Shown one piece after another: positions 37,933-47,605 of a stretch of DNA of 64,000 nucleotides (the first letter of the stretch is position 1; each line of letters begins with the position of its first letter). Source of the stretch: Acidimicrobiia bacterium (GTDB lineage: Bacteria > Actinomycetota > Acidimicrobiia > IMCC26256 > JBMOIJ01); NCBI GenBank assembly GCA_049317385.1, contig JBMOIJ010000010.1, positions 527 to 64,526 on the forward strand, given 5' to 3'. A model generated the notes under the pieces. The model was not told where the DNA came from and ran no database searches. It was given only the letters and a program-made list of their open reading frames with translations. A program made the translations under genes and the position numbers.

Positions 37933-38430
37933 ATGACTGTGCTTCGCTCCAACGTCGCTGATCTCTTGCACCACCCTGGCGCGCGCCGGCCTTGGCGTCT
38001 CGCGGCCCCGGTGGAAGGTCTGCGCGCCGGCACGGCAGTGGTCGCCGACGACGCGCCGGTCGACGTCGACGTCGTGCTCGAGCGGGTCCCCGAGGGCATC
38101 ATCGTGCGCGGCACCTTCGCCGGGCACTGGAGCGCCGAGTGCAGTCGCTGCCTGGCGCCGGCCAACGGGGTGCTCCAGGTCGGTGTGCAAGAGCTCTACG
38201 AGCACGATGCCGTCGACGGCGAGACCTACCCGCTCGACGGTGACGAACTCGACCTCGAGCCGCTCCTGCGCGATGCCGTGCTCCTCGAGTTGCCGTCGGC
38301 GCCGTTGTGCCGTCCCGACTGCGCCGGGTTGTGCCCGGTGTGTGGCGTCGACCGCAACCGTGCAACCTGTTCGTGTGACACCTCGGTGCGCGACTCCCGG
38401 TGGGACGCGCTCGAGAACCTGAAGTTCTGA
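37933..38430 (+). CDS. DUF177/YceD metal-binding protein
   Basis: CSRCL, LCRPDCAGLCPVCG and DSRWDAL. Confidence 0.93.
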   Translation: MTVLRSNVADLLHHPGARRPWRLAAPVEGLRAGTAVVADDAPVDVDVVLERVPEGIIVRGTFAGHWSAECSRCLAPANGVLQVGVQELYEHDAVDGETYPLDGDELDLEPLLRDAVLLELPSAPLCRPDCAGLCPVCGVDRNRATCSCDTSVRDSRWDALENLKF

Positions 38431-38448
38431 AACCAAGGAGAAGCAGCG

Positions 38449-38628
38449 ATGGCTGTCCCGAAGCGCAAGACCCCGCGCAGCAAGACCCGTACCCGGCGAG
38501 CTTCGAGCTGGACGCTCGACACGCCGGCCCGCTCGGTGTGCCCGAACTGTGGCGCCGACAAGTTGCCGCACGTGGTGTGTGGCACCTGTGGGCACTACAA
38601 GGGCCGCACCGCGGTCGACGTCGACTGA
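38449..38628 (+). CDS. rpmF: 50S ribosomal protein L32 (absent from the ORF track)
   Basis: Hand translation gives MAVPKRKTPRSKTRTRR...CPNCG...PHVVCGTCGHYKGR. GGAG RBS. Confidence 0.96.
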   Translation: MAVPKRKTPRSKTRTRRASSWTLDTPARSVCPNCGADKLPHVVCGTCGHYKGRTAVDVD

Positions 38629-38629
38629 C

Positions 38630-39637
38630 GTGAGCGTCGAGCAGGTCACCGTCGCGATCGACGCGATGGGTGGCGACCACGCACCCGACACCATCGTGGC
38701 GGGTGCGCTCGCTGCCGTTGAACAACTCGGGGTGCGAGTGCTGCTTGCCGGGCAAGAAGACCGCATTCGCGCACTGCTGCCCGATGGCGAAACGCCCGAA
38801 GGCGTCGAGCTGTTGCCCGCGTCGGAAGTCATCGCAATGGACGACGAACCGGCCACCTCGGTGCGCACCAAGAAGGACGCATCCATGACGCGTGCGGCGG
38901 AAGCCGTGCGTGACGGGAAGGCGCAGGCATTGGTGGGCGCCGGCAACACCGGGGCAACCATGGCGGCTGCGTTGTTGCGGTTCGGTCGCATCAAAGGCGT
39001 CGCTCGTCCGGCCATTGCGGTGCCAGTGCCCGCGATTGCCGCCGACGCGCAGTTGCTGGTCGACGCCGGGGCCACGGTCGACTGCCAGCCCGATTGGATC
39101 CTGCAGTTCGGTCTCATGGCGCGCGAGTACGCACGGGTGCGGTTGGGTGTCGACGAACCGACCGTGGGGTTGCTTTCCAACGGTGAAGAAGCGGGCAAGG
39201 GCGACGAGCTCCGCAAAGCCGTGTTCCCCATCTTGCAGGCGCAACTGCCTGGGTTCGTGGGCAACTGCGAAGGTCGCGACATCATGGGCGGCTCGCCGAA
39301 CGTGGTGCTCACCGACGGGTTCACCGGAAACATTGCGCTCAAGACTGCCGAAGGCGCAGTGCGGGCCGTGGCCAAGCTCGTGTTCGAGGTGCTCGACAGC
39401 ACGCCCGAGGCTCGCGAGGCCGCCAAGGTCATCACTCCGCTGCTGCTCGAGCGGGCGAAGTACCTCGATCCCGAGCACACCGGCGGCGCGTTGCTGCTGG
39501 GTGTCGACGGAGTGTGCATCATCTCGCACGGCTCCTCGGGGTCGACCGCCATCATCAACGCCGTGCGCGCAGCGAAGGATGCCGTCGAAGCGAACGTGAT
39601 CGATCGGTTGAAGGAGGCCGCACAACATGCCGGCTGA
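38630..39637 (+). CDS. plsX: Phosphate acyltransferase
   Basis: AIDAMGGDHAP, GNTGA, NGEEAGKG, DGFTGN and SHGSS. Confidence 0.95.
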   Translation: MSVEQVTVAIDAMGGDHAPDTIVAGALAAVEQLGVRVLLAGQEDRIRALLPDGETPEGVELLPASEVIAMDDEPATSVRTKKDASMTRAAEAVRDGKAQALVGAGNTGATMAAALLRFGRIKGVARPAIAVPVPAIAADAQLLVDAGATVDCQPDWILQFGLMAREYARVRLGVDEPTVGLLSNGEEAGKGDELRKAVFPILQAQLPGFVGNCEGRDIMGGSPNVVLTDGFTGNIALKTAEGAVRAVAKLVFEVLDSTPEAREAAKVITPLLLERAKYLDPEHTGGALLLGVDGVCIISHGSSGSTAIINAVRAAKDAVEANVIDRLKEAAQHAG

Positions 39638-39926
39638 GACCCACATGAGCAGCGGCCCCATCGAACCCGCCGAAGTCGAGACCCTCATCCGTGAGCGCTT
39701 GGCCGAGATCCTGGAAATCGACGTCGACCAGATCACTGCGTCCAGTCGGTTCGCCGAAGACCTCGACGCCGACTCGCTCGCCCTCATCGAACTGGTCGAA
39801 GCGCTTGAAGAAGAGTTGGGCGAGCGCACTGTTGGGTTCTCCATCGACGACGACGACCTGAGAGATCTCACGTCCGTTGCCGAGGCGCGTGACTACGTGG
39901 TGGCGCGCTTGGGCGGGGCGAGCTGA
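39627..39926 (+). CDS. acpP: Acyl carrier protein
   Basis: FAEDLDADSLALIEL phosphopantetheine site. Confidence 0.92.
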   Translation: MPAETHMSSGPIEPAEVETLIRERLAEILEIDVDQITASSRFAEDLDADSLALIELVEALEEELGERTVGFSIDDDDLRDLTSVAEARDYVVARLGGAS

Positions 39927-39933
39927 GCGCACC

Positions 39934-40653
39934 ATGACGCTCGCGGCGCTGCAGGCTCGCATCGGGTACGAGTTCTCCGACCTGTCACTGCTCGAACGCG
40001 CTCTCACCCACCGGTCCTATTGCGCCGAGCATGCGGGTGAGGAACCGAACGAACGGCTCGAGTTGTTGGGCGATGCCGTGTTGGGGCTTGTCGTCACTGA
40101 ACAGCTGTACGTCGACTTCCCCGAGCACGCCGAGGGAGAGTTGGCCAAGGCGCGCGCAGCAATCGTCAGCAGTGATGCGCTGTTCGCCTACGCAACCGAG
40201 GTCGATCTCGGCGGCCACCTGCGGCTCGGCAAGGGCGAGGAAGCATCGGGCGGACGCGAGAAGGCGTCGATCCTGGCCGATGCCTGTGAGGCCGTCATGG
40301 GGGCCGTGTTCCTCGACGGAGGGTTCGAGGCGGCCAAGCCGTTCGTGCTCCGACTCGTCGGTGACCGGTTGCACGAGTCGGCAGCTGTTCCCGGTACCGC
40401 CGACTTCAAGACGCGGCTCCAAGAGTTGGCCGCGCAACAGTTCGAACAACTCCCGCGCTACCAGGTGCGGTTCGAAGGCCCCGACCATGAGCGCACGTTC
40501 TTCGCTGCAGTGCGCATCGATGGCACGGTCTTCGGTGAGGGTGAAGGGCGATCGAAGAAGGCTGCGGAACAACACGCAGCCGAACGTGCATGGCTCGCGC
40601 TCCAACAGGCCGTGAGCTCAACCGCAAGGGGTAACGATGCCGGAGCTGCCTGA
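39934..40653 (+). CDS. rnc: Ribonuclease III
   Basis: ALTHRSY, NERLELLGDAVL and dsRBD (DFKTRLQE...GRSKKAAEQ). Confidence 0.97.
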   Translation: MTLAALQARIGYEFSDLSLLERALTHRSYCAEHAGEEPNERLELLGDAVLGLVVTEQLYVDFPEHAEGELAKARAAIVSSDALFAYATEVDLGGHLRLGKGEEASGGREKASILADACEAVMGAVFLDGGFEAAKPFVLRLVGDRLHESAAVPGTADFKTRLQELAAQQFEQLPRYQVRFEGPDHERTFFAAVRIDGTVFGEGEGRSKKAAEQHAAERAWLALQQAVSSTARGNDAGAA

Positions 40654-41476
40654 GGTCGAGGTGATTCGCCGCGACCTGGAGCGCGAGGTCGTGGGTCGGC
40701 GTATCAAGACCGTCGAGGTCGACGGGATGCGTTCGATTCGACGCCACAAGCAACGCAAGCAATTCACCAGCCGGCTCGAGGGCAAGAAGATCACCGGAGT
40801 CACGCGCAAGGGCAAGTACGTGCTCGTCAGCCTCGAAGACGGTGACGTGCTCGTGATCCACCTGGGGATGTCGGGTCAGCTCTTGCGGGCGAAGACCGCG
40901 CGTGAGACCAAACCGAAGCACACCCATGTGGTGATCGTGTTCCAACAAGGCGGGCAATTGCGTTTCGTCGACCCGCGCACCTTCGGCGAGATGTTCGTCA
41001 CCGAGGGGGACAACGTCGAGAAGGAAGTCGAAGAGCTCGCGCACCTGGGAATCGATCCCATCGAAACCGTGATGAGTTGGGATCACTTCGGTGCGTTGCT
41101 GTACCAGCACAACGCAAAGCTCAAGAACTTGCTGATGGACCAGACGTTCCTCGCGGGCATCGGCAACATCTACAGCGATGAGATCCTCTGGGAGGCCGGG
41201 CTGCGCTACGACCGGGCAAGCAACTCGCTGTCGGCTCAGGAAGTGCGCCGGCTCTACCGGGCAATGATCGAGGTGCTCCAAGATGCGCTGAAGTACCGCG
41301 GGTCGTCCTTGGCCGACGAGCAGTACGTCGACATCTACGGCGAACCGGGCGAGTACCAGCTGCACCACAAGGTGTACGCCCGTGAAGGCGAGATGTGTCA
41401 GCGCTGCCGCGCCACCATCGTGCGTGAGAAGACCAACGGCCGCTCCACCTTCTACTGCGAGGCATGCCAGGTATGA
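40637..41476 (+). CDS. mutM: Formamidopyrimidine-DNA glycosylase
   Basis: MPELPEVE, HLGMSG, GIGNIYSDE and C-terminal Zn finger. Confidence 0.96.
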   Translation: MPELPEVEVIRRDLEREVVGRRIKTVEVDGMRSIRRHKQRKQFTSRLEGKKITGVTRKGKYVLVSLEDGDVLVIHLGMSGQLLRAKTARETKPKHTHVVIVFQQGGQLRFVDPRTFGEMFVTEGDNVEKEVEELAHLGIDPIETVMSWDHFGALLYQHNAKLKNLLMDQTFLAGIGNIYSDEILWEAGLRYDRASNSLSAQEVRRLYRAMIEVLQDALKYRGSSLADEQYVDIYGEPGEYQLHHKVYAREGEMCQRCRATIVREKTNGRSTFYCEACQV

Positions 41477-41748
41477 GCGCCGGAACGCGACGGCACGTCT
41501 ACGTGAGCGGAGCGGTGCAAGGCGTGTGGTTCCGTGACGCCTGCTCGAAGTTGGCGCAGTCGTTCGGTGTGACGGGCTGGGTTCGCAATCTCGACGACGG
41601 TCGGGTCGAGGCCGTCTTCGAGGGATCGGACCGCATGGTCGAGGCCATGGTCGGCTGGTGCCATGAAGGGCCGCCTCGGGCCAAGGTCCAGCGAGTTGAT
41701 TCACAGATCGAGGAGCCCGAAGGGCTCGAGGGGTTCGAGGTCCGCTGA
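41473..41748 (+). CDS. acyP: Acylphosphatase
   Basis: VSGAVQGVWFR, GWVRNLDDGRVE and GPPRAKV. Confidence 0.95.
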   Translation: MSAGTRRHVYVSGAVQGVWFRDACSKLAQSFGVTGWVRNLDDGRVEAVFEGSDRMVEAMVGWCHEGPPRAKVQRVDSQIEEPEGLEGFEVR

Positions 41749-41824
41749 GCTGCTGGTCGGCACGCATCCGCGGTGATTCCGGGACGCGCGCCTACCCTCG
41801 ACAAACGGAGTAGGGGAGCGGGAA

Positions 41825-44800
41825 TTGTTCCTGAAGTCGTTGACACTGAAGGGCTTCAAGTCCTTCGCAGACAAGACCGTGTTGGAGTTCGAACCGGGCG
41901 TCACCGTGGTGGTGGGGCCCAACGGTTCGGGGAAGTCCAACCTTGTGGACGCCGTGGCGTGGGTGCTCGGTGCGCAAGGAGCGCGATCCCTGCGCGGGGC
42001 CAAGATGGAAGACGTCATCTTCGCCGGTACGCCCAAGCGTCCGGCGTTGGGGCGGGCCGAGGTTGCGCTCACCATCGACAACAGCGGTGGGCTACTCCCC
42101 ATCGAGTTCAACGAAGTCACCATCACGCGCACGCTGTTCCGGAACGGTGACAGCGAGTACGCCATCAACGGTGCACCGTGTCGGTTGCTCGACGTGCAGG
42201 AGCTGCTCTCAGACTCCGGGATCGGCCGCCAGCAGCACGTCATCATCGGGCAGGGCCAGATCGACGCGATCTTGAATTCCAAGCCCGAAGATCGTCGGGG
42301 CGTCATCGAAGAGGCCGCCGGCGTGTTGAAGTACCGCAAGCGCAAGGAGCGCGCTGAGCGTCGTCTCGAAGCCACCGAAGGCAACCTGCTGCGCCTCAAC
42401 GACCTGCTGCGCGAAGTTCGCCGTCAGCTCGCGCCGTTGGCGCGCCAGGCCGACGCGGCTCGCCGGTACGACGGTCTCGTCGAAGAGCTGAAGTCGATTC
42501 GTACGCACCTCGCGGGCACGGAACTACAAGGGCTGCAGCTCAAACTCGAGCGGCTGCGTACCGAGCGTGGCAATCACCGAGCTGCCGCAGACAAGTGTGT
42601 GCTGCGGTTACGCGAGCTCGATGTCGATGTATTGGCCTCCGAGCAAGCGTTGTCCGCCATGGGCGACGACGCACTCTCGGACATGCTCGTGCGGGCCGAG
42701 GCGCTGCGGGAGCGCGCTCGAGGCTTCAACGCGCTGCTTGCCGAGAAGCAGCGGGGCATCGAACGTGAGATGGCTTCGGTGGCCGACGAGGGCGTCATCG
42801 AAACGCTGGTGGCCGATGCGGCGCGTTTGCGGGGTGAGTTGGCCGAGATCGAAGGCGAGATGGCGCTGTTCGCACCACTTGCCGACGAAGTCGCAACCGC
42901 CGAAGCCGAGGTGGCGCGCGACCGGGCGGCCATGACCGACGACGACGCGGAAGAGAACGTGGTCGATGCCGAGTCGGTGCGGCGTGAGCTGTCGGCTCGT
43001 CGAGGGGCACGCGACCGGGCGGTCGCCGAACTCGACCGGAACCGCACGCGTCTCATGTCCACGCGCCTGCGGGCCGACCAGCTCGAAGCCGATCACGCCT
43101 CGTTGCTCGAAGAAGTGAACCGGGCCGAAGCCGATGCACCGGCGCTCAGCGACGCCGCAGCATTCGGGGAAACCACGCGCGTCGACGCGGAACGGGCGGC
43201 CGAAGCTTCGGATGCGCGTCGCCTGCGTACCGCTGGTGAATACGAGCACGCGCGAGCTCGGGCCGAAACCCTGGCGTTGGCACTGGCCACCGAGCGGGCC
43301 GCGTCGGGAGCCGAGAACCTGAGCGGCATCGACGGCGTCGTCGGTCCGCTGATCGATCATCTCGAGGTCGAAGCCGGTTGCGAAGCCGCAGTCGGTGCAG
43401 TTCTCGGTGACGCGTTGCGCGCGGTCGTGGTTCGGGGTGGCGACGGCGCGCGCCGGGCCATGGAGCGTCTGGCCGCCGGCGATGCATCGGGACTGTTGCT
43501 CGTGCTCGACGGCACGGCCAGTGCACCGCAGGGGCGCTTCGCTCCCACCGGTGCGCGGCTGCTCGCCGAATATGTGCGGACTCGGGTGGATGGTCTCGAC
43601 GCCGCCCTCGACCGCTTGTTCGACGGCGCAATCCTGGCGCCGGGGGATTGGCGCAGCGGGATCGACTTTGCCATCGCGAACCCCGGCACCACGGTGGTCA
43701 CGCGTGACGGCGACCGCTTCGGAGGAACGCGTGCTTGGCGTTTGGGCAGCGATGTCGCAGTCGGCGTCACCCAGGCTGAGCTCGACGAAGCACTCGAACG
43801 CGCGCAGCAGGCCGACGCCGCTCGGTCCGAAGCTGAGGCGGCGGCCTCGGCAGCACGAAGCGCACTCGCAACGGCACGTGAACAGGAATCCACCACGCGC
43901 GACGCGCTGCGAGTGAACTCCGATGTATTGCAGGGCGCGACGCGTGCCCTCGAGCGCCTCGACGACGAGCGTCGTGCCCGCGCCACCGAGATCGACATAC
44001 TCGAAGCCGAGGCAGTCGAAGCTGAAACCAGTCGCGACGAGGCGGCCGCGGTCATCACCGAGATCGAAGCGCGGCTGCCGGAACTCGAGCTCGCGGAATC
44101 CGAGCGCCACGTTCGTGCCGAAGCCCGACGGACGGCGCGCGTCGAGCTCGCGCAACGCGAGCAGGCCGTGGTCGCGCAGCGACGTGATCTCGAAGTGCGG
44201 ACGGCCGCGGCCACCGAACGGCGGTCCGTACTGACTGCTCGGCTCTCCGAGGTCGAAGCGCGCCTGGCCCGTCAGCCCGATGCCCAGGCGAAGGCCGAAC
44301 GACGCCGCACCGAGTTGGCGCAGCGCAGTGCGCGCTACGCCCGAGCCACTGAGCGGTTGTCGCTCTACCTCGCCACGGTCGAGGCCCTGCACGAACGTCT
44401 CCGCACCCAACGGCGTGAGCAGTCCGAGGCGGCCCGGGCCGCCACTGAGGCGCTCGAAGGGTTGCGGCGCGACCGCGGCGAGGTCGAACGGGAACTCCAA
44501 GAAGCTCGGGAATTGGCTCAGCGCACCGAAGTCGACGAAGCCGAGACCAAGCTGCGGCTCGAGACACTCGTCGAGCGCATCCGTGCCGAACTCGACATGG
44601 AGCCCGAGGCCACCCTCGATGCGCCCGTGCCCGACGTGCCTGGGGGTACCACCATGTCAGGGCGCGCCCGCGAGCTCGAGCGCGAGTTGCGGCTCATGGG
44701 CCCGATCAACCCGTTGGCACTCCAGGAATACGACGAACTGCAGGAGCGACACACGTTCCTCGAAGAGCAGCTCGAAGACGTCAAGCAGAGTCGACGCGAG

Positions 44801-45310
44801 TTGCAGCGCGTGATCAAAGCGGTCGACACCGAGATCGTCGCCGTGTTCGAGACCGCGTTCGCCGAGGTGTCGCGGCACTTCTCGGACCTGTTCTCGACGC
44901 TGTTCCCCGGGGGCGCGGGACGGTTGTTCCTCACGAACTCGGAGGACATGCTCAACACCGGCATTGAGCTCGAGGCCCGGCCCTCGGGCAAGCAGGTGCG
45001 ACGGCTGTCGTTGCTCTCGGGTGGGGAGCGGTCGCTCACGGCGTTGGGTTTCCTCTTCGCCGTGGCTCGCGCGTGTCCCTCGCCCTTCTACCTCCTCGAC
45101 GAGGTCGAAGCTGCGCTCGACGACGTGAACCTGCAACGGTTCCTCGACCTGGTGCACGAGTTCCGCAACGACTCGCAGCTGCTCGTGGTGAGCCACCAGA
45201 AGCGTACGATGGAGACGGCTGACTGCTTGTACGGGGTGTCCATGCCACCGGGTGGGTCGAGTCGGGCGATCAGTCAGCGCGTTGGTGACGTCGCGCCCGT
45301 CGCAGGCTGA
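41825..45310 (+). CDS. smc: Chromosome segregation protein SMC
   Basis: GFKSFA, GPNGSGKSN, hinge, LSGGE and LLDEVEAALD. TTG start. Confidence 0.97.
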   Translation: MFLKSLTLKGFKSFADKTVLEFEPGVTVVVGPNGSGKSNLVDAVAWVLGAQGARSLRGAKMEDVIFAGTPKRPALGRAEVALTIDNSGGLLPIEFNEVTITRTLFRNGDSEYAINGAPCRLLDVQELLSDSGIGRQQHVIIGQGQIDAILNSKPEDRRGVIEEAAGVLKYRKRKERAERRLEATEGNLLRLNDLLREVRRQLAPLARQADAARRYDGLVEELKSIRTHLAGTELQGLQLKLERLRTERGNHRAAADKCVLRLRELDVDVLASEQALSAMGDDALSDMLVRAEALRERARGFNALLAEKQRGIEREMASVADEGVIETLVADAARLRGELAEIEGEMALFAPLADEVATAEAEVARDRAAMTDDDAEENVVDAESVRRELSARRGARDRAVAELDRNRTRLMSTRLRADQLEADHASLLEEVNRAEADAPALSDAAAFGETTRVDAERAAEASDARRLRTAGEYEHARARAETLALALATERAASGAENLSGIDGVVGPLIDHLEVEAGCEAAVGAVLGDALRAVVVRGGDGARRAMERLAAGDASGLLLVLDGTASAPQGRFAPTGARLLAEYVRTRVDGLDAALDRLFDGAILAPGDWRSGIDFAIANPGTTVVTRDGDRFGGTRAWRLGSDVAVGVTQAELDEALERAQQADAARSEAEAAASAARSALATAREQESTTRDALRVNSDVLQGATRALERLDDERRARATEIDILEAEAVEAETSRDEAAAVITEIEARLPELELAESERHVRAEARRTARVELAQREQAVVAQRRDLEVRTAAATERRSVLTARLSEVEARLARQPDAQAKAERRRTELAQRSARYARATERLSLYLATVEALHERLRTQRREQSEAARAATEALEGLRRDRGEVERELQEARELAQRTEVDEAETKLRLETLVERIRAELDMEPEATLDAPVPDVPGGTTMSGRARELERELRLMGPINPLALQEYDELQERHTFLEEQLEDVKQSRRELQRVIKAVDTEIVAVFETAFAEVSRHFSDLFSTLFPGGAGRLFLTNSEDMLNTGIELEARPSGKQVRRLSLLSGGERSLTALGFLFAVARACPSPFYLLDEVEAALDDVNLQRFLDLVHEFRNDSQLLVVSHQKRTMETADCLYGVSMPPGGSSRAISQRVGDVAPVAG

Positions 45311-45312
45311 CG

Positions 45313-46338
45313 TTGGTGCTCGCGCTGACTCGCCTGGCGGCGGAGTCGCTGGCCGATGCCGCCGCCCGTGTCCGGGCGTGCGGCCCGCCGGCGCAGGAAT
45401 CAGTGCTGTGCAAGTGGACCTGGACGGTTACGCGCAACGAGACCGCGGCTTCGGTCGCCCAGGATCTCTCGCGTCCGTTGTGGGCCGCGGTGATCCTGCT
45501 GGGCGCGTGGTTGCTGACCCGGGTGGTGCGCAAGGTCACCAAACGCGTGGTGCGTCAGCTCGCGACTGATCGCACCGGTGAACGCATCGACAAGGTTCGC
45601 CAGCGTACCGGGCTGGCGTTGCTCGACAGCACGTCCGCCGAAATGGCGTCGCCGCGACGCGCGCAACGGGCCGAGACCATCGGCGTGGTGTTGCGGAGCA
45701 TCGCAAGCGTTGCGATCTGGCTCGTAGCCATTGTGTGGGCGCTCGACGCGTTGGGCGTGTCGGTTGGTCCGTTGCTCGCCGGTGCCGGCATCGTGGGGGT
45801 GGGGCTGGCCTTTGGCGCGCAGAGCATGGTGCGTGACTTCCTCGCGGGCATGTTCATCGTCATCGAAGATCAGTACGGGGTCGGTGACGTGATCGACGTG
45901 GGTTCGGCGCTCGGTGGTACCGGTACTACGGGCACCGTCGAGAGCATCACGCTCCGCAGTACCCGCTTGCGCGACCTCGAGGGGGTCGTCTGGCACGTCC
46001 CCAACGGTGAGATACGGCGGGTCGGGAACAAGAGCCAGCAGTGGGCCAAGGTCGTGCTTGACATCGCAGTGGCGCGAGAGACCGATCTCGACGCGGCATC
46101 GACGGTGATCGAGCAGACCGCACATGACATGTGGCAGAGCGAGGAATGGCGCACGATCATCCTCGACGATCCCGAAGTGCTCGGCGTCGAGGCGTTGGGT
46201 GCACTCGACGTGAAGATCCGCCTGGTCGTCAAGACGGTGCCGCTCGAGCAGTGGCGAGTGGCTCGCGAACTCCGAGCGCGTATCAAGGTGGCGCTCGAGG
46301 CGGCGGGGATCGACGCGCCGCCGGCTGTCGGCGGTTGA
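45313..46338 (+). CDS. Small-conductance mechanosensitive channel family protein
   Basis: GLAFGAQSMVRDFLAG, EDQYGVGD and VPNGEI. Confidence 0.93.
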   Translation: MVLALTRLAAESLADAAARVRACGPPAQESVLCKWTWTVTRNETAASVAQDLSRPLWAAVILLGAWLLTRVVRKVTKRVVRQLATDRTGERIDKVRQRTGLALLDSTSAEMASPRRAQRAETIGVVLRSIASVAIWLVAIVWALDALGVSVGPLLAGAGIVGVGLAFGAQSMVRDFLAGMFIVIEDQYGVGDVIDVGSALGGTGTTGTVESITLRSTRLRDLEGVVWHVPNGEIRRVGNKSQQWAKVVLDIAVARETDLDAASTVIEQTAHDMWQSEEWRTIILDDPEVLGVEALGALDVKIRLVVKTVPLEQWRVARELRARIKVALEAAGIDAPPAVGG

Positions 46339-46370
46339 GGCAGCCGCTCGCGGGCTAGCGTCTCGGCCCC

Positions 46371-47549
46371 ATGGAAGTCGTCCTCATCTTCGTCCTCATC
46401 GTCGCCGTCATCGGCGTATTGCTGTTCACTGCGGCGGGGGTGTCGCGGCGCACTCGCCGCCGGGCCGACGAGATCGCCAAGGAGTTTGGCTCGGGCGGCA
46501 CTGCGACATTGCCGCCCCTTCCCGCCGAGCTCCCGCCCGAGGGCGCGATCCCGCCGCCCACCGACCTCGAAGCTCCGCCGGTCGAAGTACCAGCGGTCGG
46601 GGCGGTCGAGGCGCCCGAGGCGCCCGAGGCGCCGGTCGCTCCGCCCGAAGCTCCCTCCAAGCCGAAGCTGCGTGATCGGCTGGGCAAGACCCGCGCGGTG
46701 TTTGCGGGCCTGTTGGGTCGATCGGTCATCGACGACGACACGTGGGACGAACTCGAAGAGACCCTGCTCCTCGCCGACGTTGGCGTGAACACCAGCACGG
46801 CACTGGTCGATCGACTGCGTGCGCGCGTGAAGGCCGAGAAGGTCACCACCGCCGATGGGCTGTTCGCGCTGCTGCGTGCCGAGTTGTTGGCGATGCTGCA
46901 GAGCGATGACCGCTCGCTTCATGCGCCAGCCGGCAAGCTCAACGTCTGGATGTTCGTGGGCGTCAACGGGGTGGGAAAGACCACCACGATCGCCAAGCTC
47001 GGGCAACGTGAAGTCGACGCCGGCAAGAAGGTGATCCTCGCCGCGGGCGACACGTTCCGGGCCGCCGCAAGCGACCAGCTGGCGCACTGGGCCGATCGCG
47101 TGGGCGCCGAGATCGTTCGCGGTCAGGACGGTGCCGACCCGGGCAGTGTGTTGTACGACGCGATGGACGCCGCCAATTCGCGGGGTGCCGACGTCTTGCT
47201 CGTCGACACGGCGGGGCGCTTGCACACGAAGACCAACCTGATGGAAGAGCTGAAGAAGCTCCGTCGCATCGTCGACAAGACCCAGGGCGCGCTCGAAGAG
47301 GTGCTGCTGGTGATCGATGCGTCCACCGGGCAGAACGGGCTGGCGCAGGCGCGTCAGTTCACCGAAGCGGTCGACGTCACCGGGGTGGTGCTCACCAAGC
47401 TCGATGGCACTGCCAAAGGCGGCATCGTGCTCGCGATCCAGCACGAGCTGCAGATCCCGGTCAAGGTGGTGGGAGTCGGGGAAGGTTCGGCCGACCTCAT
47501 CGAGTTCAACGACGAAGAGTTCGTCGACGCACTCCTCGCCCGGGACTGA
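46371..47549 (+). CDS. ftsY: SRP receptor FtsY with N-terminal transmembrane anchor
   Basis: GVNGVGKTTT, DTFRAAA, DTAGR and TKLDGTAKGG. Confidence 0.97.
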   Translation: MEVVLIFVLIVAVIGVLLFTAAGVSRRTRRRADEIAKEFGSGGTATLPPLPAELPPEGAIPPPTDLEAPPVEVPAVGAVEAPEAPEAPVAPPEAPSKPKLRDRLGKTRAVFAGLLGRSVIDDDTWDELEETLLLADVGVNTSTALVDRLRARVKAEKVTTADGLFALLRAELLAMLQSDDRSLHAPAGKLNVWMFVGVNGVGKTTTIAKLGQREVDAGKKVILAAGDTFRAAASDQLAHWADRVGAEIVRGQDGADPGSVLYDAMDAANSRGADVLLVDTAGRLHTKTNLMEELKKLRRIVDKTQGALEEVLLVIDASTGQNGLAQARQFTEAVDVTGVVLTKLDGTAKGGIVLAIQHELQIPVKVVGVGEGSADLIEFNDEEFVDALLARD

Positions 47550-47569
47550 CGCGGTTCGTCCCGATCGGC

Positions 47570-47597
47570 TGCAGGTCGGCCCGGCCGCGGCCGATTG
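47570..47597 (+). promoter_or_regulatory. Candidate sigma-28/WhiG-type promoter
   Basis: TGCA-N16-GCCGATTG, 8 nt before the GTG of the PAS-GGDEF gene. Confidence 0.45.
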
Positions 47598-47605
47598 AAC
47601 AGGGC

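Noticed and set aside
42608-44500. Long antisense or alternative-frame ORFs (e.g. 42608-44500, 17949-19619, 38099-39871, 45870-47627, 55661-57262, 53341-55734)
   Set aside because: These are shadow ORFs of high-GC coding sequence overlapping well-identified genes, with no motifs of their own. Only the last 68 codons of 53341-55734 look real.
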